A DNA stretch of 63,640 nucleotides, filler included, from Myxococcota bacterium (GCA_023150835.1; 3 parts of 3 records of this genome joined end to end with filler, not necessarily neighbours in it), one strand, 5' to 3'. Shown: positions 48,230-59,846, numbered from the whole stretch's first letter. The notes: generated by a model from the sequence alone, not told the origin. Translations and numbers: made by a program.

Positions 48230-50647
48230 ATGCCACTTACCTTGCCGCAACTTGAACACCACCTCTTTAGTGCTGCCGACATCCTACGCGGTAAAATGGA
48301 TGCCTCCGAGTTCAAAGAATACATCTTCGGAATGTTATTCTTGAAACGCTGTTCCGACCAATTCGAGGTTCACCACGCAGAGATCATACGCGCACAAAAA
48401 GCCAAAAACCGCCCCGAAGAAGAAGCCCTCCAACGTGCTGAAAGTGCATCCTTTTATACAGGAACCTTCTTTGTTCCTCCCATGGCCCGCTGGCCCGCCC
48501 TTCGCGACCATCTTCACACCAACGTCGGCGACGGACTCAACAAAGCACTTGGCGCATTAGAAACAGCAAACAGCGCACTCAGCGGCGTTGTCCAACACAT
48601 CGACTTTACCCGCACTGTCGGAAAAAGCCGACTCCCCGACAAAAAACTTCTTGAGCTGATCAAACACTTTAACAAATACCGTCTCCGCAACGAAGATTTC
48701 GAGTTCCCCGACCTACTCGGAGCCGCATACGAATACCTCATCGGCCAATTTGCAGACTCTGCTGGCAAAAAAGGCGGCGAGTTCTACACACCCCGCGCCG
48801 TCGTCAAGATGATGGTGCGACTCGCCGACCCCAAAGAAGGGATGCGTGTCTATGACCCTTGCTCTGGTTCAGGGGGTATGTTGATCCTCGCCCGCGAACA
48901 CGTCGCTGAACACGGCGGAGATCCACGAAATCTCCGCCTCTTTGGGCAAGAAGACAACGGCGGTGTTTGGTCGATCTCCAAAATGAACATGATCCTCCAC
49001 AGCATCCCCGACGCCATCATCGAAAACGGCGATACCCTCGGATTTCCCCTCCACAAAGAAGGCGGTGAGTTGATGCGCTTCGACCGCATTCTCACCAACC
49101 CCCCTTTCTCGCAAAACTACAAACGCGAAGACATGGAGTTCACCGAACGCTTCCACTATGGCTGGTGCCCCGAATCGGGCAAAAAAGCCGACTTGATGTT
49201 TGTCCAACACATGATCGCCGTGATGCGTCCCAACGGCATGATCTGCACCGTCATGCCACACGGCGTCTTGTTTCGCGGTGGAGACGAAAAGACTATCCGC
49301 GCAGGTATTATCCAAGACGACCTGCTCGATGCCGTGATCGGACTTGCGCCCAATCTCTTCTATGGAACAGGCATCCCCGCTTGTATCCTCGTACTCCGCG
49401 CCAAAGGCAGCAAACCCGCCGAGCGCAAAGGCAAAGTCCTCTTTATCAACGCAGATGCAGAGTTTCGCTCAGGCCGCGCACAAAATTACCTCGACCCCGA
49501 ACACATCGAAAAGATCGTCAATGCTTACCAGCGTTACGAAGAGATCCCCGGCTTTGCAGCGCTCGTCGACAACACCACGCTCGCCGAAAACGGCTACAAC
49601 CTCAACATCCGACGTTATGCCGACAACGCCCCGCCTCCCGAACCCCACGACGTGCGGGCGCACTTGCAAGGCGGCATCCCCAAGGCCGAAGTCCAAGACA
49701 AACAACCGCTCTTCCAAGCCCACGGACTCGACCCGATGCGCCTCTTTGTCGAGAGAGACAAACACTACCTCGACTTCGCCCCAACCCTCCAAAGCAGAAA
49801 CGACCTCAAACCGCGCATCGAACAAGATCCCGGACTCCTTGCACGCGAAGCCGAACTCTTCCAAGCCTTCGAGGTTTGGTGGAACACTTACCGCGCCCAG
49901 ATCGTCGGCTTGCCCACCACCCAACGGTTGATGCTCACACGCGCCGAACTCATGGAATCGTTCGAGAAAGCCCTTGTACCCATCGGTCTCTTGGATCGTT
50001 TCCAAGTCGCGGGAACGATTGCGCGTTGGTGGGGCGATGTCTTGTACGACCTACGGGCGGTGATGGCGCAAGGATTTATGGGCGGTATCCACAGTTGGGT
50101 CGCCTCTATCCTCTCGCTCTTGGAAAACAGGCAAAAAGCCAACAGCCCTTTCGAGCACAAACTTGCGCGCCGACTCTTGGCCGATCTCAACGAAGAAATC
50201 ACTCAAAAAGAAGCCGAGATCGCCGAGTTGGATAGCCAAATCAAAGCCGCCAAACCCAACGACGACGATGAAAACAACGACGAGAACAGCGACAACGACG
50301 AAGAAGACGCCTTGAGCGAAGAAGAGATCAAAAAACGCAAAAGCAAACTCAGCGCCGCCAAAAAACAGCTCAAACAGCTATACAACAGCTTTGAAGAAGC
50401 TCTCAAACATGCCCGCGATGCTCTCGACAATGACGAAGCCCAAGTCCTTGTCTTGGAGATCCTCTCCAGCGACCTCCGCGACGAACTCACCCGCAAAGTC
50501 CACGCACACCGACAAACCGTCACCGCCGCTTTTGAAAATTGGTGGGACAAGTACCGCGTCACCTTGCGCGAGATCGAAAGGGCACGCGACACCGCCAAAA
50601 CACGGATAGACGGTTTCTTGAAGGAGTTGGGCTATGTCGTTGGTTAA
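48230..50647 (+). CDS. hsdM: Type I restriction-modification methyltransferase subunit
   Basis: [53 protein letters not shown]. Confidence 0.97.
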   Translation: MPLTLPQLEHHLFSAADILRGKMDASEFKEYIFGMLFLKRCSDQFEVHHAEIIRAQKAKNRPEEEALQRAESASFYTGTFFVPPMARWPALRDHLHTNVGDGLNKALGALETANSALSGVVQHIDFTRTVGKSRLPDKKLLELIKHFNKYRLRNEDFEFPDLLGAAYEYLIGQFADSAGKKGGEFYTPRAVVKMMVRLADPKEGMRVYDPCSGSGGMLILAREHVAEHGGDPRNLRLFGQEDNGGVWSISKMNMILHSIPDAIIENGDTLGFPLHKEGGELMRFDRILTNPPFSQNYKREDMEFTERFHYGWCPESGKKADLMFVQHMIAVMRPNGMICTVMPHGVLFRGGDEKTIRAGIIQDDLLDAVIGLAPNLFYGTGIPACILVLRAKGSKPAERKGKVLFINADAEFRSGRAQNYLDPEHIEKIVNAYQRYEEIPGFAALVDNTTLAENGYNLNIRRYADNAPPPEPHDVRAHLQGGIPKAEVQDKQPLFQAHGLDPMRLFVERDKHYLDFAPTLQSRNDLKPRIEQDPGLLAREAELFQAFEVWWNTYRAQIVGLPTTQRLMLTRAELMESFEKALVPIGLLDRFQVAGTIARWWGDVLYDLRAVMAQGFMGGIHSWVASILSLLENRQKANSPFEHKLARRLLADLNEEITQKEAEIAELDSQIKAAKPNDDDENNDENSDNDEEDALSEEEIKKRKSKLSAAKKQLKQLYNSFEEALKHARDALDNDEAQVLVLEILSSDLRDELTRKVHAHRQTVTAAFENWWDKYRVTLREIERARDTAKTRIDGFLKELGYVVG

Positions 50648-51911
50648 AAAATGGAGCGAATACCGACTGGGTGATCTTTCTAGGATCCGTAGAGGAGCCA
50701 GCCCCCGACCTATCTCAAATCCTGCATGGTTCGCAGAAAAAGGCCCCGGATGGATAAGGATCTCTGATGTTACCAAAACCGAGGGCAAATTAACACAAAC
50801 AGAGCAAAGACTGTCACCGGAAGGGGTAAAACGAAGCGTTCCGGTACACCCCGGCCAAGTAATCATGAGCATATGCGCAACAATTGGAGAACCTATCGAA
50901 ATTGGAATCGAGGCTTGTATCCACGATGGATTCGTCGTATTTGACCAACACGAACACTGTCTAGATAAAAGGTTCCTCATACACCACTTGCGAAAAACAC
51001 AATCCTTCTTCAAAGGACAAGGCCAAACAGGAACACAAGCAAACCTGAACACAGGTATTGTTGCCCAAAGCCCAATCCAACTCCCGCCCCTCGCGGAGCA
51101 GCGGCGCATCGCGGAGATCCTCGATACACTGGACGAAGCGATACGACAGACGGAGGCGCTGTTGGCGAAGTTGCAGCAGATGAAACAGGGGTTGCTGCAT
51201 GATCTGTTGACGCGGGGGATCGGCGCAGATGGGGCGCTGCGTCCGCCACACGAAGAAGTTCCCGCGCTTTACAAGGATTCGCCGCTTGGCAAGATCCCGA
51301 AAGACTGGACGGTCGGGAGGTTAGAAGATTTTTTGACAAACTTGATCGATTATAGAGGAAAAACGCCAAACAAAACGAACCACGGGATTCCTCTGATCAC
51401 AGCACGAAATGTACGGATGGGATTTATTGATCCAGAACCTAAGGAATACATAGCAGCTTCCGCGTACACACATTGGATGACACGAGGAATTCCCTCTCCG
51501 GGCGATGTGTTGTTCACGATGGAAGCTCCCTTGGGGCATGCAGCATTTTTCCCACAAGAAAAAGTGGCTCTCGCGCAACGTATCGTGACGCTCGTTCCCA
51601 ACAGAAGCAAAGTGGCGGACAAATTTTTGCTATGGTTGGTGTTATGGCATGGTTCGCAAACCAGAATCTATCGTTACTCAACGGGTTCAACGGTATTGGG
51701 GATAAAACAATCTGTCCTCAGAAAGATACTATTTCAGTTCCCTACGATAGCCGAAGGTCTTTGTATATCGGACATTTTAGCGAAAGCTTCTTGCAAAATC
51801 GAGCAGGAACAAGAGGAACTCCAAAAGCTCCGCTCGCTCAAGGCGGGTTTGATGGAGGATTTGTTGACAGGGCGGGTGCGTGTGCCAGTGGTCGAAGAAG
51901 GAGAGGGTTGA
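50634..51911 (+). CDS. hsdS: Type I restriction-modification specificity subunit
   Basis: Two TRDs separated by [26 protein letters not shown]; ends [16 protein letters not shown]; overlaps hsdM stop. Confidence 0.95.
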   Translation: MSLVKKWSEYRLGDLSRIRRGASPRPISNPAWFAEKGPGWIRISDVTKTEGKLTQTEQRLSPEGVKRSVPVHPGQVIMSICATIGEPIEIGIEACIHDGFVVFDQHEHCLDKRFLIHHLRKTQSFFKGQGQTGTQANLNTGIVAQSPIQLPPLAEQRRIAEILDTLDEAIRQTEALLAKLQQMKQGLLHDLLTRGIGADGALRPPHEEVPALYKDSPLGKIPKDWTVGRLEDFLTNLIDYRGKTPNKTNHGIPLITARNVRMGFIDPEPKEYIAASAYTHWMTRGIPSPGDVLFTMEAPLGHAAFFPQEKVALAQRIVTLVPNRSKVADKFLLWLVLWHGSQTRIYRYSTGSTVLGIKQSVLRKILFQFPTIAEGLCISDILAKASCKIEQEQEELQKLRSLKAGLMEDLLTGRVRVPVVEEGEG

Positions 51912-52076
51912 GAGAGTGCCTTGACCGACGGGGGAAGCAACAGCTAGTTTCAATCGAGAGAAGGAGTTCGGGAGGTGTTGAACCTCACCCCTGTCCTTCG
52001 GACATCCCCTCTCCACGCGGGCGCTCACCGCGTTCGCTGCGCAGAGAGGGGAAAGAAAGCACGGAGATTGCGGTAC

Positions 52077-53246
52077 ATGGCCCCACTTCGCAGCCTGCGA
52101 ATTCAAAACGTCCGTCACCTTGAAGATCTCACGCTGACGGGACTTGGTGAGATCAACCTCCTTTTTGGAACCAACGATTCGGGAAAGTCTTCGATCCTCG
52201 AAGCCATCGCAATTTGGTGCGATCCTCTCAACCCTGACAACTGGAAACAAGTGGCCAGATATCGCAGCACTTGGCCTTTTTATGAACGGAGTTCAACGCT
52301 TTCGGATCTAGAATCGATCTCTTGGTTGTTTCGATGCACACCACAGCAACAACACCTTCCCATTACTTTGTCGGGAGAAGGTACCGCACCTTTTCTTTCT
52401 CTCTCCGCAGAAATCGAGATTTCCGAAGTCATCCCGGAACAAGTGGGCGAGGAATCTGACATGACTTCAAAGAAACGTATTTTCGGACGACGAGAAGACC
52501 AACCGCAGTTGATGATGGATCTAACCGTGCAAGGAGAACGATCAGACTCTGATTACCATCTATTTCCGAAGCCCCCCGTTCACCAAACGCTACGCTATTG
52601 GGAATACCCGCTCAGAAGTATATTACTGAGGCGTCGCACCGGAGGCGAAAAATCCATTCTGTGCAAAGTTGTGAACAACCTCTCCCACAGAAGCGAAAAT
52701 CTCCTCAAAAGCCAATTCAGCGATGTGATCCGCTCTAATTACAAAGATTCTGTGCTTGAAGCTCTTCGCATCCTCGATCCAAATATCGAAGAACTCGCCA
52801 TCCTGACCCCCCAAGAAGATTTGTCTGAGATGGCTCACTTGAGAGCACTGCGCGGTGACGCAAGCCTTCAGATCAGGTACAAAGAAACAGGGTTCTTGCC
52901 GCTGTCCTCTTTTGGGGATGGACTCAGAAGAATTCTCCACATCGCGTTTCAACTGCCCAAACTCCGTGGAGGAGTGTTGTTGATCGACGAGATCGAAGTG
53001 TCCATTCACGCGAGCAAATTGGGGATGTTTTTCGATTGGCTTGCAAAAAACTGCCAAACCTTTCAGATCCAACTCTTCGCAACCACTCACAGCTTGGAGG
53101 CCATCGACGCGATACTCGGCGAAAAGGGAGAACGCGCCGAGTCGATCACAGCGTTTCGATTGCAGCAAGGCACAGCCAAACGCTTTAGCGGCGAGCAACT
53201 AAAAAGGCTTCGATTGGATCGAGGATTAGAGGTGCGAGGAACATGA
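52077..53246 (+). CDS. ABC-type ATPase (AAA_15/AAA_21-like)
   Basis: INLLFGTNDSGKSSILEAI Walker A, SFGDG signature, LLIDEIE Walker B, ATTHS H-loop. Confidence 0.9.
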   Translation: MAPLRSLRIQNVRHLEDLTLTGLGEINLLFGTNDSGKSSILEAIAIWCDPLNPDNWKQVARYRSTWPFYERSSTLSDLESISWLFRCTPQQQHLPITLSGEGTAPFLSLSAEIEISEVIPEQVGEESDMTSKKRIFGRREDQPQLMMDLTVQGERSDSDYHLFPKPPVHQTLRYWEYPLRSILLRRRTGGEKSILCKVVNNLSHRSENLLKSQFSDVIRSNYKDSVLEALRILDPNIEELAILTPQEDLSEMAHLRALRGDASLQIRYKETGFLPLSSFGDGLRRILHIAFQLPKLRGGVLLIDEIEVSIHASKLGMFFDWLAKNCQTFQIQLFATTHSLEAIDAILGEKGERAESITAFRLQQGTAKRFSGEQLKRLRLDRGLEVRGT

Positions 53247-54076
53247 GGTTTGGCTATTTTATCGTGGAAGGCCCACACGATCAGGAATTTGTGGGCCGAT
53301 TGTTAAAGATCGAACTCGGTAAGATGCAAAGAATACGGCAAGAAGAAGACTTGGATGCTCGTTGGAAAGTATTGATCCCGCGAACCTTTCCACACGACGG
53401 CGATCTCTTGAAACGCATGCCTGTGCCCACTTTTTTCCAAAACCAAGAGTGGTCTATCGCAATCCAAAACGCCATCGGAGATACAAAACTGGCAGCGGCT
53501 TTGGCGGATGACCTAACATCCTTGGATGCACCACCCGAATTTGTCGGTGTGTTTTTGGATGCCGACAAAGACGCACCCCAAAATCGATTCAACGCGTTAC
53601 AACGAGAACTTACACAAAGAGGATTCACACTCCCCACCCTCCAAGCATCGGGCCAAGTGTGCAAACAGGCTCATTACGAAGACGAAAACCAAACCCAAGC
53701 CAAACTACGCTTGGGGATCTTCGTTCTCCCTGATAACCAATCCATCGGCACTCTGGAGAACATTCTTCTTGAGTGCGCTGCGAACAACTACCCCACACTC
53801 CACCAAGCCGCACAAGCGTACGTGCAAAACATCGACCTGTCCGGGCTAAATTCCGATGATCTGCAAGATATCCGAAAACCAACAGGGCGCTTGAAGGCGA
53901 CGGTCTCGTGTGTCTCAAACATCTTGCGCCCCGGAAAGTCGGTTCAAGTCTCCATCCAAGACAATCGGTGGATCGACAAACAAACCGAAACATTACCGAA
54001 GATACAGGCTTGCCTCTGTTTTGTGCGAGAGCTTCTTTCTTGTACTCCACCGAGCGAAAACGTGATTGGAGTATAG
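53243..54076 (+). CDS. TOPRIM-fold protein (DUF3226-like)
   Basis: IVEGPHD, VFLDAD, FVLPDNQSIGTLENIL; ATGA overlap with the ATPase. Confidence 0.8.
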   Translation: MRFGYFIVEGPHDQEFVGRLLKIELGKMQRIRQEEDLDARWKVLIPRTFPHDGDLLKRMPVPTFFQNQEWSIAIQNAIGDTKLAAALADDLTSLDAPPEFVGVFLDADKDAPQNRFNALQRELTQRGFTLPTLQASGQVCKQAHYEDENQTQAKLRLGIFVLPDNQSIGTLENILLECAANNYPTLHQAAQAYVQNIDLSGLNSDDLQDIRKPTGRLKATVSCVSNILRPGKSVQVSIQDNRWIDKQTETLPKIQACLCFVRELLSCTPPSENVIGV

Positions 54077-54337
54077 AGACTCCAACGTGCGACCCGCGCC
54101 AACGAAAGAAAAGCCTTGGGGGAGGTTGTTGGGTGGCTTGGGCCAAAAAAGAGCCTTGGGTGGATGGTTTTGCGGGGCGGGGCAAAAGAAAGAGTATCGA
54201 CGCACCAAGTGACGGCTAGCGCGAATGAAAAAACAGCCTTGAGGGAGGTGTTTCAATGGGACGGCGACAAAAGGGAGGGTAGACGCTCCAAGCGACGCGC
54301 AGAATGGACGCAGAAGAAGACCGAAGCCTATCGTTTT

Positions 54338-55105
54338 TCAGGCGCTGGGGGGAGTGGGTGGGGCTGGGGGTTGTTCTTTGGTGGGGGTGAGGGCGTCGAT
54401 CTCGTGCAGCTTTTCTTCGAGAGGCGCAAAGAACGAAGAAAACGTATCAGGTTCATCGCGCAGAAGCAAACGTGCGGCGTCTTGGAAACGCGACATCCAC
54501 GCCATGAAGCTTTTGCGGGCTTCGGTGTCGCTTTGGGCTTGGCTTTCTGGGGGCAAACCGGCAAGTTCTCGCAAGCCTTCGTTCATCTGTTCGGCCACCT
54601 CAAAAAGCTCGTCAAGCAGCTTGCCAACATGGAAGCGTTCTTTGCCACAGACAAGCTCGATAGAATCAAGGGCTTTTCGTGCTTTGGGTGCGTCTTTGAG
54701 TTGCTTTTGAAGGCGAAGCGCTTCGGCGACTTCTTCGCTGCGACTGAAAGCGTTGACGCGCAGTCGATGAGGATACAGTTGTTGTTGAAGCTGCTCAAAG
54801 AAAGCGCGTTGTGCGGAATCCGCAAGGATCTGCGCGACCACACCGAGCAAACGATACACCATGCTATTGATCAGGTCGTGACGTTGATCGAGTTGTCCGA
54901 GTCGTTCGCGGAGAGAGTTGTCCTTTGGGGTGGAAGTAACGGTAGGGCGGCTGGCAACAAGGGCGAGATACACGTCGTGGAGGTGCGTTCTGTAGCTACT
55001 CAACAACGGGTAATTCTCCCAGACAGCTTTGTTTTCAGGGCGTTCAAGCATTTCCTTCAGAACATAGAGCATCGAAAGGGTACTGAGATCACGCAAGGCA
55101 GCCAT
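54338..55105 (-). CDS. Hypothetical alpha-helical protein on the opposite strand inside the RM operon
   Basis: GAAGGAG RBS, 255-aa ORF with natural helical composition. Confidence 0.75.
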   Translation of the reverse strand: MAALRDLSTLSMLYVLKEMLERPENKAVWENYPLLSSYRTHLHDVYLALVASRPTVTSTPKDNSLRERLGQLDQRHDLINSMVYRLLGVVAQILADSAQRAFFEQLQQQLYPHRLRVNAFSRSEEVAEALRLQKQLKDAPKARKALDSIELVCGKERFHVGKLLDELFEVAEQMNEGLRELAGLPPESQAQSDTEARKSFMAWMSRFQDAARLLLRDEPDTFSSFFAPLEEKLHEIDALTPTKEQPPAPPTPPSA

Positions 55106-55475
55106 CGAATTCTCCTTCTCTGTTGGGATGGGAGCGTAAAATCATGTGCGGGTATGGGTATCGAGAAAAACGCGCCGAGAAAGAGCAAGCAAAAAACACG
55201 TTGAGAAAAAAAGCAAGGAGCCAAAAAAAGAACGACTCTGTACAAGTCGAGAAAAGAAGAAAGAATCGGTTGTTTGAAGATCCACGTTGAAAACGGAAAC
55301 GAACAAAAGGCGCCTTTCTCACACGGTATCTTGGTTTGAATTGTAAACTCTGTCAGCATCTAGCATACTTTTCGTTTATAGAGAGGATAATTCTCTGAAG
55401 CGAAGGGCAGCCAAGACTTCTCTGTGAGGAGCCTTCTATTGAAACGCGGTATCTGCGCAGGAAAGGACGGAAAAG

Positions 55476-58400
55476 ATGGTTTCACAACCCGAAAAAACGA
55501 CCGTCGAGCAGCCTTTGATCGATCAGTTAGAGCGGTTGGGTTGGTCAACAAGGACAGGCAACCCGCATGAAGCAAGCGCGACAGGGCGCGAGAGCTTCCG
55601 CGATGTGTTGATAGAGGAGGAGATCAAAGATGCCCTTTTTCGGATCAACTTGCGAGACGGAGAACCTTGGCTAGACGAAGGACGGTTGAGCCAAGCGATC
55701 AGCGCGCTACGAAGGCTCCAACCCGGAAAGTTGTTGGAGAAGAACCAGTGCGCCACCGAGCTTCTATTGAAAGGGACGGTTGTGGATGGTGTGGAAGGAT
55801 GGAACAAGGGGAGAGGGCAGACCATCCAATACATTGATTGGAATGATCTCAAAAACAACCGCTTTCTCGCGATGGATCAATTCCGCGTGGAGTGTCCCCC
55901 CGGCCAGTCACAAAAGTTTCTCACGCCTGACGTGGTGCTCTTTGTCAACGGCATCCCGTTGGTGGTGATCGAGTGCAAGAGTCCAGCGGCAGAAAGTCCC
56001 ATCGAATCCGCCATCGACCAACTCCAACGCTACGCCAACCAACGCGAACACATCAACGAACCCGAAGGCAACGAGGCGTTGTTTTACACCAATCAATTCG
56101 TGATCGCGACCAGCTATGATCAAGCGCGTGTGGGAACGTTTACCTCCAAAGCTGCCCACTTTTTGGCGTGGAAAGACACATGTCCAACGCCCAAAGAAGA
56201 GGTTGCGTTGCTTTTGAGGAGGACACTCTCTAGTGATGGCAAAGGACTTTCGGAGCAAGAGGTTTTGGTTTCGGGAATGTTGAAGCCGAGCCATTTGCTG
56301 GATATCGTGCGACACTTTACACTGTTTCAGACAAACGGAGGCAAGACCTTCAAGATCGTGTGCCGCTACCAACAGTTTCGCGCTGTACAACGGGCCATCA
56401 AGCGTTTGTTGGAAGGAAAGACGCTACAAGAAGACAGCGAACAAGACCGCCGAGGGGGACTGATCTGGCACACCCAAGGGAGCGGAAAGAGCCTGACGAT
56501 GGTGTTCTTGATCCGAAAGATGCGCTCGGATGAAAGACTGCGCTGTTTTAAGATCGTGGTCGTAACGGATCGCATCGATCTTCAACAGCAATTGTCCGAG
56601 ACAGCACAACTGACGGATGAGCCACTGACAGTGATCAAAGCGAGACGTGAGGGGAACAAGTCGATCTCTGCCCTCGAAGAGATGAGAAGAGTTTTGTCAC
56701 GAGAGGGGCGCGATCTGGTCTTTGCGATGATCCAAGCCTACCGTGGAGAAAGCAAAAGCAGCGGGATACGCGATCTGGGTGCGGTAACGGAGGATGACGA
56801 AGAGTTTGTTGAACGCGGCGAGGTGCTGGACTTTTCGGAAAAAGCAGAAGAACAAGAAGGAAACACCCCTTCTTTGACTTTGGTTGCGCCCCCAAAAAGC
56901 AGCTCCTCGAAAAGTGGCCAAAAACAAGCGGCGCCAAAAGGATTCCAAACCTTACCCGTCCTCAACGAAGGCGAGAATATCCTTGTGATCGTCGACGAAG
57001 CACATCGCTCACACACCAACACAGCCCACGCCAACATGATGAACAGTCTGCCCAACTGTGCAAAAATCGGCTTTACAGGGACACCGATCATCATGGGGGC
57101 CAAGAAAAAAACCGCGCAAATCTTCGGGGAGTACATCGACCGTTACACACTCAAAGAATCCGAAGAAGACGGATCGACAGTGAAGATCCTCTACGAAGGG
57201 CGAACGTCCGAGGGAGAAGTGGCGGAGGGTGAAACCTTGGATACGGTGTTTGAGAGTATGCTGGGCGTCTACAGCGCCGAGCAGATCGAAAAGATCAAGG
57301 CAAAGTACGCCACCAAAGGAAATATTGCAGAGTCCGAGCAGATGATCGCAGCGAAGTCACGGGATATGTTGCGGCACTATGTTGAGAACATCTTGCCGAA
57401 TGGTCTAAAAGCGCAGATCGTCGCAGTCAGCCGACGTGCCGCCATCCGCTATATCGCCGGACTGAGGCAAGCACAAACGGAGTTGGTGTCTCAGCTTCAA
57501 GGCTTGGGAGCCAAGCCGTTGACGCTAGGCAGCGAACAGCAAGAACGCCTTGACAAAGAACAGAGTTTCCTCGTGCGCGCCCACCCGTTTCTCGACCGCA
57601 TCAAGATATTGGAATTTGCAGCGGTGATCTCAGGAAGCCATAACGACGAGCCAAGCTGGAAAGAATGGACAGATCGCACAAAAATCGCTACGCACATCGC
57701 ACGGTTCAAGAAGGCGATGCCTCAAGATCCAACGAAGTACGAAAGCCAAAAAGAAGACTCCCTCGCCTTTTTGGTGGTGAAGTCCATGTTATTAACAGGC
57801 TTTGACGCTCCCAACGAACAAGTCATGTACCTCGACCGCCACATCCAAGAAGCAGAGTTACTTCAAGCCATCGCACGCGTCAACCGAACCTACAGCACCA
57901 ACACATACAAAAAAGAAGCAGGGCTTGTGGTGGACTATTACGGTGTAGCGCATCACTTACAAAGCGCACTCCAAGCCTACAGCGGAGAAGATGTCGCGGG
58001 TGCTTTGCAAAGCCTCAAGGATGAGCTTCCGAAACTCCGAGACCGTCACCTCCGAGCACTGGATGTTTTTCAGACGCAAAAGCTGAGCATCCAAGATCAA
58101 CATGCCTGTGTAGAAGCCCTTGAGGATCCACAGCTTCGGTGTCTTTTGCGTACAAGACTCAAAGAGTTTTTTGAGACACTGGACTTGGTGCTTCCTCGAC
58201 CCGAAGGGTTGCCCTACCTCCAAGACGCAAAAACACTGGCCTTTATCCAAGCCCGTGCGCACAACAAATACCGAGCGGCTGGCCCACTCATCGGCCAAGA
58301 GATCGGGGCCAAGGTTCGTGCGTTGCTTGATGCACACATTCAAGCGACCGATCCTTTGCTGTTGGTTCCGCCCATCGAGATCACCCACCCTGACTTTGAA

Positions 58401-58940
58401 AAGCACGTGCGCCAACAAAAGTCCCCACGCGCCCAAGCTAGCGAGATGGAACATGCCTTGCGATACCATATCCGTATCCATCTAGACGAAGATCCCGCCT
58501 ATTACGAAACACTCTCGGAAAAGTTGGAACGTCTATTCGCGGAGATGCGGGGGGATTGGGAGCTTGTAGCTTCCTCGCTGCAAAAGCTGCTCGAAGAAAC
58601 CCTGAGAGGCCGAGGAGTCGAAGAACTCCCGCAAGGGATCACGCCTACGGACGCCCCGTTTTACTTTCGGCTCAAGCAAAAGGTCTATGGAACATCAACC
58701 CTTTCAGAGAAGCAGATCGAGTGTTTGGCAAAGTTGACCGCCGCGTTGGTAAAAAAGATCAAAGAAGAGATTGCGCTTGTGGAATTCTGGAACAATACTC
58801 ACGCACAAGAGACCTTGCGTAAAGAGATTGTTGTGAAGCTGGATGATGAGGGTCTTGTCCCTCTCGGAGAACTCGAAGAACTCGCCGATCTTTTGATGGA
58901 ACTTGCAAAGACCAACGACGCCAAGCTACGGAGAACGTAG
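55476..58940 (+). CDS. hsdR: Type I restriction endonuclease subunit R
   Basis: PDVVLFVNGIPLVVIECK nuclease motif, HTQGSGKS, DEAHRS, FTGTP, LLTGFDAP, QAIARVNR. Confidence 0.97.
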   Translation: MVSQPEKTTVEQPLIDQLERLGWSTRTGNPHEASATGRESFRDVLIEEEIKDALFRINLRDGEPWLDEGRLSQAISALRRLQPGKLLEKNQCATELLLKGTVVDGVEGWNKGRGQTIQYIDWNDLKNNRFLAMDQFRVECPPGQSQKFLTPDVVLFVNGIPLVVIECKSPAAESPIESAIDQLQRYANQREHINEPEGNEALFYTNQFVIATSYDQARVGTFTSKAAHFLAWKDTCPTPKEEVALLLRRTLSSDGKGLSEQEVLVSGMLKPSHLLDIVRHFTLFQTNGGKTFKIVCRYQQFRAVQRAIKRLLEGKTLQEDSEQDRRGGLIWHTQGSGKSLTMVFLIRKMRSDERLRCFKIVVVTDRIDLQQQLSETAQLTDEPLTVIKARREGNKSISALEEMRRVLSREGRDLVFAMIQAYRGESKSSGIRDLGAVTEDDEEFVERGEVLDFSEKAEEQEGNTPSLTLVAPPKSSSSKSGQKQAAPKGFQTLPVLNEGENILVIVDEAHRSHTNTAHANMMNSLPNCAKIGFTGTPIIMGAKKKTAQIFGEYIDRYTLKESEEDGSTVKILYEGRTSEGEVAEGETLDTVFESMLGVYSAEQIEKIKAKYATKGNIAESEQMIAAKSRDMLRHYVENILPNGLKAQIVAVSRRAAIRYIAGLRQAQTELVSQLQGLGAKPLTLGSEQQERLDKEQSFLVRAHPFLDRIKILEFAAVISGSHNDEPSWKEWTDRTKIATHIARFKKAMPQDPTKYESQKEDSLAFLVVKSMLLTGFDAPNEQVMYLDRHIQEAELLQAIARVNRTYSTNTYKKEAGLVVDYYGVAHHLQSALQAYSGEDVAGALQSLKDELPKLRDRHLRALDVFQTQKLSIQDQHACVEALEDPQLRCLLRTRLKEFFETLDLVLPRPEGLPYLQDAKTLAFIQARAHNKYRAAGPLIGQEIGAKVRALLDAHIQATDPLLLVPPIEITHPDFEKHVRQQKSPRAQASEMEHALRYHIRIHLDEDPAYYETLSEKLERLFAEMRGDWELVASSLQKLLEETLRGRGVEELPQGITPTDAPFYFRLKQKVYGTSTLSEKQIECLAKLTAALVKKIKEEIALVEFWNNTHAQETLRKEIVVKLDDEGLVPLGELEELADLLMELAKTNDAKLRRT

Positions 58941-58979
58941 TATCCTTTACAAAATCAGGAGAAAGAGATCCAACAACCC

Positions 58980-59846
58980 ATGTCCAGCCTCTACACATCA
59001 CCCAAACCTTCGCTCTTGCTTTCGGGTTCCCCTGTCTCCTCCCACCCGCTCGCGGAGTCTTTCTCGCTTTCTGGCTTGTTTTTCCACGTGACGCGGAGCG
59101 CAAAGCGCAAAACATTGGATATCGTGATCGAAAGAGACGGTACACTCTGTGTATCTGCGCCTGTGGGGGTTGGCCTCGAAACCATCGAAGCGTTGGTCAC
59201 GCGCAGATTGCCCCTGCTGTACACAAAACTAGAAAAACAAGCAGCACTGCAAAAGCCCATCCCAACAAAAGAATACGTGAACGGTGAAGGTTTCTATTAT
59301 CTCGGCCGCAGCTATCGACTCCTGCTTGTCGAAGAGCAAGATAAGCCGCTCAAACTCATGGGGGGGCGCTTTCGGATGTTGCATTCTGCTTTGAAAAGCC
59401 CTTCAAACTTGGAAAACAACCATCGCCCTCCAAGAAAAGCGCAGACTCCTTTCTTGCTCAACCCAAACAACAAGGAAGAAAAAGAAAACACCCAAGCGCA
59501 AGGAAAAAAGCTTTTTGTTGCGTGGTACAAGGAACATGCAACTGTTTGGTTGACGCGCCAAGCCACACGTTGGTCTCCCCGCTTGGCGGCAAAACCAAAA
59601 GCGGTACAACTCTGCGATCTCGGCTACCGTTGGGGTTCATGCAACCCTGACGGCACCCTCCAATTCCATTGGCAGACGATCCTATTGCCTCCAAACATCG
59701 TCGAGTATGTGTTGGTTCACGAGATGGTTCATCTACACGAACCAAACCACGGCAAGGCATTTTGGCAAAGGTTGGCTCGTGCGATGCCAGACTATGAAGA
59801 ACGCAAAGAGTGGTTAGCGGTCAACGGGATGCGTTACGGGCTGTGA
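58980..59846 (+). CDS. YgjP/DUF45-like zinc metalloprotein commonly following hsdR
   Basis: GEGFYYLG, RWGSC, YVLVHEMVHLHEPNHGKAFW. Confidence 0.9.
   Translation: MSSLYTSPKPSLLLSGSPVSSHPLAESFSLSGLFFHVTRSAKRKTLDIVIERDGTLCVSAPVGVGLETIEALVTRRLPLLYTKLEKQAALQKPIPTKEYVNGEGFYYLGRSYRLLLVEEQDKPLKLMGGRFRMLHSALKSPSNLENNHRPPRKAQTPFLLNPNNKEEKENTQAQGKKLFVAWYKEHATVWLTRQATRWSPRLAAKPKAVQLCDLGYRWGSCNPDGTLQFHWQTILLPPNIVEYVLVHEMVHLHEPNHGKAFWQRLARAMPDYEERKEWLAVNGMRYGL

Noticed and set aside
54116-55204. 362-aa + strand ORF within the RM operon
   Set aside because: Overlaps the minus-strand gene that has a clear RBS and more protein-like composition
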